NCBI GenBank assembly: GCA_046483305.1
Contig: JAWODM010000053.1
Span: forward strand, 1-10,300
Reading direction: 5' to 3'
DNA length: 10,300 bases
Source: Candidatus Krumholzibacteriales bacterium
GTDB lineage: Bacteria > Krumholzibacteriota > Krumholzibacteriia > Krumholzibacteriales > WJIX01
Part shown: in pieces, positions 6,590-10,300 of the stretch
How the letters are laid out: each line of letters starts with the position of its first letter
Position numbering within the stretch: the first letter of the stretch is position 1
The notes under the pieces: generated by a model
Database searches by the model: none
What the model was told of the DNA's origin: nothing
The model's input: the letters and a program-made list of their open reading frames with translations, nothing else
Position numbers and translations under genes: made by a program

Positions 6590-8488
6590 ATGATGAACAA
6601 TAGCATCTTCCGCTCTCTCGGTTCAATCCTGAACAAAGAAGATATCTCTAAACTGAAAAAGATCGATAATCCTGAGGTGCACAGCTTTATAAGTGAATAT
6701 ATTCAGCTGTGCTCTCCGGAACGGGTTACCGTACACGCAGACACGGCAGAAGACCTGGAAATTACCAGAAAAATGGCTATCAGGCACAAAGAAGAAGCTG
6801 AACTTGCGAAGGAGGGGCATACCATACACTTTGACGGTTACTATGATCAGGCCCGGGACAAGGAGAAAACCAGATTTCTTCTCCCGGAGGGGAAAGACCT
6901 GGGGCCTGAAATAAATACCATAAACAGAGAAAAGGGGATCAATGAAATCAGAGAGATAATGAACGGGATTATGGAGGGGCACCATCTCCATATAAAATTC
7001 TACTGCCTGGGCCCTGTCAATTCTCCCTTCTCCATCCCCTGCATTCAGCTCACCGATTCCTCATACGTAGCCCACAGCGAGGATATTCTGTACCGCCAGG
7101 GATACAGTGAATTCCTCAAGATGAAGCCCGGCGACACCTTCTTCAAGTTTGTCCATTCCGAAGGAAAGCTAGAGGAAGCGGGGCTTGGCCTGATGGTGAG
7201 CAGTAATATAGAGGATAGAAGGATCTATATAGACCTGGAAGATGATCTGGTATACTGTGCGAACACCCAGTATGCCGGCAATACCATCGGGCTCAAGAAA
7301 CTGGCCATGCGGCTGGCCATCAACAGGGCGGCCAGGGAGGGATGGCTCACCGAGCATATGCTGGTTATGGCGGTTAACGGACCTGCCGGGAGAAAAACCT
7401 ACCTGACCGGAGCTTTCCCGTCCATGTGCGGCAAAACTTCCACGGCGATGGTGGAAGGGGAAAATATCGTGGGTGACGATATCGCGTACCTGAGAAATAT
7501 CGGAGAAGAAACCAGGGCGGTTAACGTGGAGGCCGGTATATTCGGGATAATAGACGGCATTAATCCTGATGAAGACCCTATCCAGTGGGAGGCCATAACC
7601 TCCCCGCAGGAAGTCATATTCACCAACCAGCTGGTCACCGGAGACGGACGGAACTACTGGAACGGCAAACCGGGGAAAGTGCCCTCTGAAGGATATAATC
7701 ACTCCGGGAAGTGGTTCCCGGGAAAGAAGGACCGGGACGGTAACGAAATAAAACCTTCCCACAAGAACGCCAGATTCACCTTCAGAATAGATAACCTCAG
7801 TAATGCGGACAGCCACATTCATGAACCTGACGGGGTTCCGGTTAAAGGCATCATCTACGGAGGCAGGGATTCCGACACTTCGGTGCCGGTCAAGGAAGCT
7901 TTCGACTGGGAACACGGGATAATAATGTACGGAGCATGCCTGGAATCCGAAACCACCGCCGCCACCCTGGGCAAGGAGGGAGTCAGGAAATTCAACCCTA
8001 TGTCCAATCTTGATTTTCTTTCGCTTCCCATAGGGAAATATATTCAGAACAACCTGGACTTCGGTCAACAGATAGATGACCCGCCCTCCATATTCGCGGT
8101 AAATTACTTCCTCTCTGACGAGAACGGGGAATTCCTCAATGACAAGAATGATAAAAAGCTCTGGCTGAAATGGATGGGCCTCAGAATCAATGATGAGGTG
8201 AAGGGAATAAAAACTCCAACCGGATATCTGCCATTTTATGATGATATCAGGGCGCTGGTGCAAAAGGAACTGGGGAGGGATTATTCGCTGGAGGACTACC
8301 ACCGGCAGTTCAAAATACGGATCCCTGAAAACCTGGCCAAACTGGAAAGGATGAAGGAGATATTCACCACCAGGGTTACCGATACTCCGGCCGCGGTTAT
8401 GAGGCACATCGAAGAGCAGAAAGAGCGGCTCCTGAAAGCCCGCGGGGAATTCGGAGATTACGTACTTCCGGAAAGTTTTGTCCAATAG
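6590..8488 (+). CDS. pckG: Phosphoenolpyruvate carboxykinase (GTP)
   Basis: 632 aa. DQAR, YAGN..GLKK, WL.EHM, P-loop AFPSMCGKT, VGDDIAY, E.G.FGI, HKNARFT, GIIYGGRD, SETTAA, NPMSNLDF, F.VNYF. Confidence 0.95.
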   Translation: MMNNSIFRSLGSILNKEDISKLKKIDNPEVHSFISEYIQLCSPERVTVHADTAEDLEITRKMAIRHKEEAELAKEGHTIHFDGYYDQARDKEKTRFLLPEGKDLGPEINTINREKGINEIREIMNGIMEGHHLHIKFYCLGPVNSPFSIPCIQLTDSSYVAHSEDILYRQGYSEFLKMKPGDTFFKFVHSEGKLEEAGLGLMVSSNIEDRRIYIDLEDDLVYCANTQYAGNTIGLKKLAMRLAINRAAREGWLTEHMLVMAVNGPAGRKTYLTGAFPSMCGKTSTAMVEGENIVGDDIAYLRNIGEETRAVNVEAGIFGIIDGINPDEDPIQWEAITSPQEVIFTNQLVTGDGRNYWNGKPGKVPSEGYNHSGKWFPGKKDRDGNEIKPSHKNARFTFRIDNLSNADSHIHEPDGVPVKGIIYGGRDSDTSVPVKEAFDWEHGIIMYGACLESETTAATLGKEGVRKFNPMSNLDFLSLPIGKYIQNNLDFGQQIDDPPSIFAVNYFLSDENGEFLNDKNDKKLWLKWMGLRINDEVKGIKTPTGYLPFYDDIRALVQKELGRDYSLEDYHRQFKIRIPENLAKLERMKEIFTTRVTDTPAAVMRHIEEQKERLLKARGEFGDYVLPESFVQ

Positions 8489-8513
8489 GTCAGGTACTGG
8501 AAACCTTTGACCT
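8487..8513. terminator. Weak hairpin between convergent genes
   Basis: AGGTCAGGT-actggaa-ACCT-t-TGACCT directly after the pckG stop; no clear U-tract. Confidence 0.25.
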
Positions 8514-8532
8514 CTCTATCCCGGGAGGAAAA

Positions 8533-8904
8533 TCATTCCGGCTGAAGCGAGGAATGGTGTTCCACGATCAGCCAGCAACTATCACACTTTCTGTAAACGA
8601 AGGTAAACCTGGCGGAAAGCTCCGTGCCCTCCTTACGCATCAAAAAGTGGTAAAGCCCTGAATTAACAGCCAAATCCCCATAAATACGGATATTCTGTTC
8701 CATGACTTCTACTTCCGGTTTTCCGGAGAGAAAATGTTCGAAATAATCCCTGATCTCTTCATGGTTATACCTCGCCCTGCAAGAAAGAGTAGGCAGCAGA
8801 ACGGCATCATCCGCATAGCACTCCAGCACATTGCCGGTATCTCCGGAGAGAACAGCCCTGTTCCAGATGTCCAGCAGTTCTGATATCTCTTCTGAATCTG
8901 TCAT
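8533..8904 (-). CDS. NTF2/SnoaL-like protein of COG4875 (CaMKII-association-domain / DUF4440 type), iota-carbonic-anhydrase-like
   Basis: WN.A..SGD, Y..DAVLLPTLS, IRDYFEHFL..KP, G.Y.F, ARFTFVY, W.IVEHHSS.QPE. ATG 8904 (after GGGGGAGGA) is preferred to the TTG at 8928, giving 123 aa with no signal peptide. Confidence 0.85.
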   Translation of the reverse strand: MTDSEEISELLDIWNRAVLSGDTGNVLECYADDAVLLPTLSCRARYNHEEIRDYFEHFLSGKPEVEVMEQNIRIYGDLAVNSGLYHFLMRKEGTELSARFTFVYRKCDSCWLIVEHHSSLQPE

Positions 8905-8958
8905 TCCTCCCCCTGCAATATCAACCAATTAATAATTTATTCAGTGTTAAATTCCGGT

Positions 8959-9942
8959 TTATCCCATTTGGGACCACATCTGCCAGATCCTGTCCAGTAT
9001 TTCGGCTTTTCTCTTTTCCCTCTCAGCTTTCGAGCCGCATCTTACTATCCCCGCCGCCGCTCCTGGATGTCCATCCCCTATATTCAGAAATCTCATTATC
9101 TCCGAAATATCCTTTCCGTGATCTCCAGAGGTCATATTCATAGAAAGGGACATCGATACCGAAAAATCATTGGTTTTAACGCCCGATCTGAATATAGGAA
9201 CCAGAAGCAGCGAAGCCAGCGCGGAAGGATGGACCAGGTATGCCAGATTTCTTATTATCCTGGGCTTTCTCTTAAGATCCGTAACATCAACCACAATTAT
9301 TTCTCTGTTAACATCAGCCTCATAAAAGAAGTGGTGCTTCTCTATAAGCTCTATAATCTTCCCCTCTTCGCGCCTGTACACCCCGATATAATGTTTAACT
9401 TCTTCCTCCCGTATAACCTTCTCCAGGGGCATATCTCTGATAAGCAAGGTCAGAAGAGAGTAATATTGCGTCCTCATCCTGGCATCGGGGAAAGAAGCCT
9501 TCAGGCTCATATCCGCCAATCTCCCCGGCCTCTCTTCCCGCCATTCCCGGATAGATTCGTAATCGAACGAATCTATGATGTCCGCTTCAGCCACGGTATT
9601 TTCAAAATAAGATGGCAGCTCTTCGCCCCTTCCTGTGTAATAATTATAAATTACCCTCGCGCAGGAAGGTTCTTCCGAAAAGGAACCTGGAATGTCATTG
9701 ATATCTATTCCCCTGAGTTTGAGTTCTTCCCTGTTCCCGGCGTGGTGATCGAACCAGGTCCCGCATTCCAGGGGATACGGGAGGTCGCACACTATATCTT
9801 TGAGATCTATCGATATCTCCGCCCGGGCTATGGAGTTTGGCCCCGTGAATATGATTTTGCCGCAGCCGGTGACATGAGAGCAGATCGCCGCCGAAACGAT
9901 TCCGTCGAAGTCGTTGTGTGTTATTATACGCTCGGGCTCCAT
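8959..9942 (-). CDS. DHH/DHHA1-family phosphoesterase (nanoRNase / exopolyphosphatase-like)
   Basis: THNDFDGIVSA, CDLPY, FDHH, PSCARVIY, ADIIDS and C-terminal GDGHPGAA (a GGGH..AA variant). ATG 9942 (MEPERIITH) is preferred to GTG 9993. Confidence 0.88.
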   Translation of the reverse strand: MEPERIITHNDFDGIVSAAICSHVTGCGKIIFTGPNSIARAEISIDLKDIVCDLPYPLECGTWFDHHAGNREELKLRGIDINDIPGSFSEEPSCARVIYNYYTGRGEELPSYFENTVAEADIIDSFDYESIREWREERPGRLADMSLKASFPDARMRTQYYSLLTLLIRDMPLEKVIREEEVKHYIGVYRREEGKIIELIEKHHFFYEADVNREIIVVDVTDLKRKPRIIRNLAYLVHPSALASLLLVPIFRSGVKTNDFSVSMSLSMNMTSGDHGKDISEIMRFLNIGDGHPGAAAGIVRCGSKAEREKRKAEILDRIWQMWSQMG

Positions 9943-10027
9943 AATTTTGTCTTGCCTTCCGGGCGGCTGTTTAACTACTATCTTAGCTGTCACCGTCGCA
10001 GCAGGGCAGGCAGAAGTATAATCAACA

Positions 10028-10146
10028 AGGGTGCTGTTATGAAAGAGGAAAATCCTTTCTTCGGGAGAATGAACGATCCCAGGCGGCCCCTGTGGGATCG
10101 TTCATTCTCCCGAAGAAAGGATTTTCCTCTTTCATAACAGCACCCT
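10028..10146. repeat. Perfect 54-bp inverted repeat with 11-nt loop (MITE/REP-like or fold-back)
   Basis: Arm 10028-10081 (AGGGTGCTGTTATGAAAGAGGAAAATCCTTTCTTCGGGAGAATGAACGATCCCA) is the exact reverse complement of 10093-10146. Loop is GGCGGCCCCTG. Confidence 0.95.
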
Positions 10147-10300
10147 GGGTGCGTCGCTCCGGACCGGGTGTGTATCCTCCCCGATTCCGATCGCCGTCTA
10201 TGATGACCGGCTGTCCACTTTCCAGAACCTTCCCGGACGCGCCTTCACCTCTCCGTATCAAAGCGCCTGGTGAGGTGGCCCGGTTGCCGATGGTCACGGC
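10133..10300 (-). CDS. Fragment of a probable GAF-domain protein entering from the right edge and running into the inverted repeat
   Basis: Frame open from 10300: AVTIGNRATSPGALIRRGEGASGKVLESGQPVIIDGDRNRGGYTPGPERRTQGAVM. 'GEGxxGxVxxxGxPxxI' is typical of GAF domains. Confidence 0.5.

Noticed and set aside
7169..8485. 438-aa antisense ORF over pckG
   Set aside because: Mirror-frame shadow of a conserved gene; no motifs.
8944..10137. 397-aa plus-strand ORF
   Set aside because: Antisense to the DHH gene, with its end derived from the palindrome; no recognisable domain.
1..10300. CRISPR array, tRNA/rRNA, transposase, integrase or reverse transcriptase
   Set aside because: I saw no regularly spaced repeats, RNA-gene signatures or corresponding protein motifs.

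Overview
Bacterial-looking core of about 50% GC (about 263-10146). It carries a peptide-catabolism cluster: a prolyl oligopeptidase N-terminus (-) divergent from an M3 Dcp-like lipoprotein peptidase and a DmpA/P1 peptidase (+), converging with an Asp/Glu-family racemase and an MFS transporter (-). Further right are a GTP-dependent PEP carboxykinase (+), a signal-less COG4875/iota-carbonic-anhydrase-like NTF2 protein (-) and a DHH phosphoesterase (-). Four things are not explained by this gene list. (1) The leftmost ORF, absent from the ORF track, is an in-frame chimera: signal peptide plus prolyl oligopeptidase N-terminus joined at 'DWLEA' to a ~39% GC 3-hexulose-6-phosphate synthase. (2) Upstream of it, a promoter-driven ~145-nt RNA has 1:2/2:3/3:4 attenuator-like pairings, a terminator and a 30-codon uORF. 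(3) There is a perfect 54-bp inverted repeat at 10028-10146. (4) Beyond that repeat, GC jumps to ~64% and the sequence encodes a GAF-like fragment. Both window ends may be chimeric joins. All family calls come from motif recognition by eye; no searches were run.
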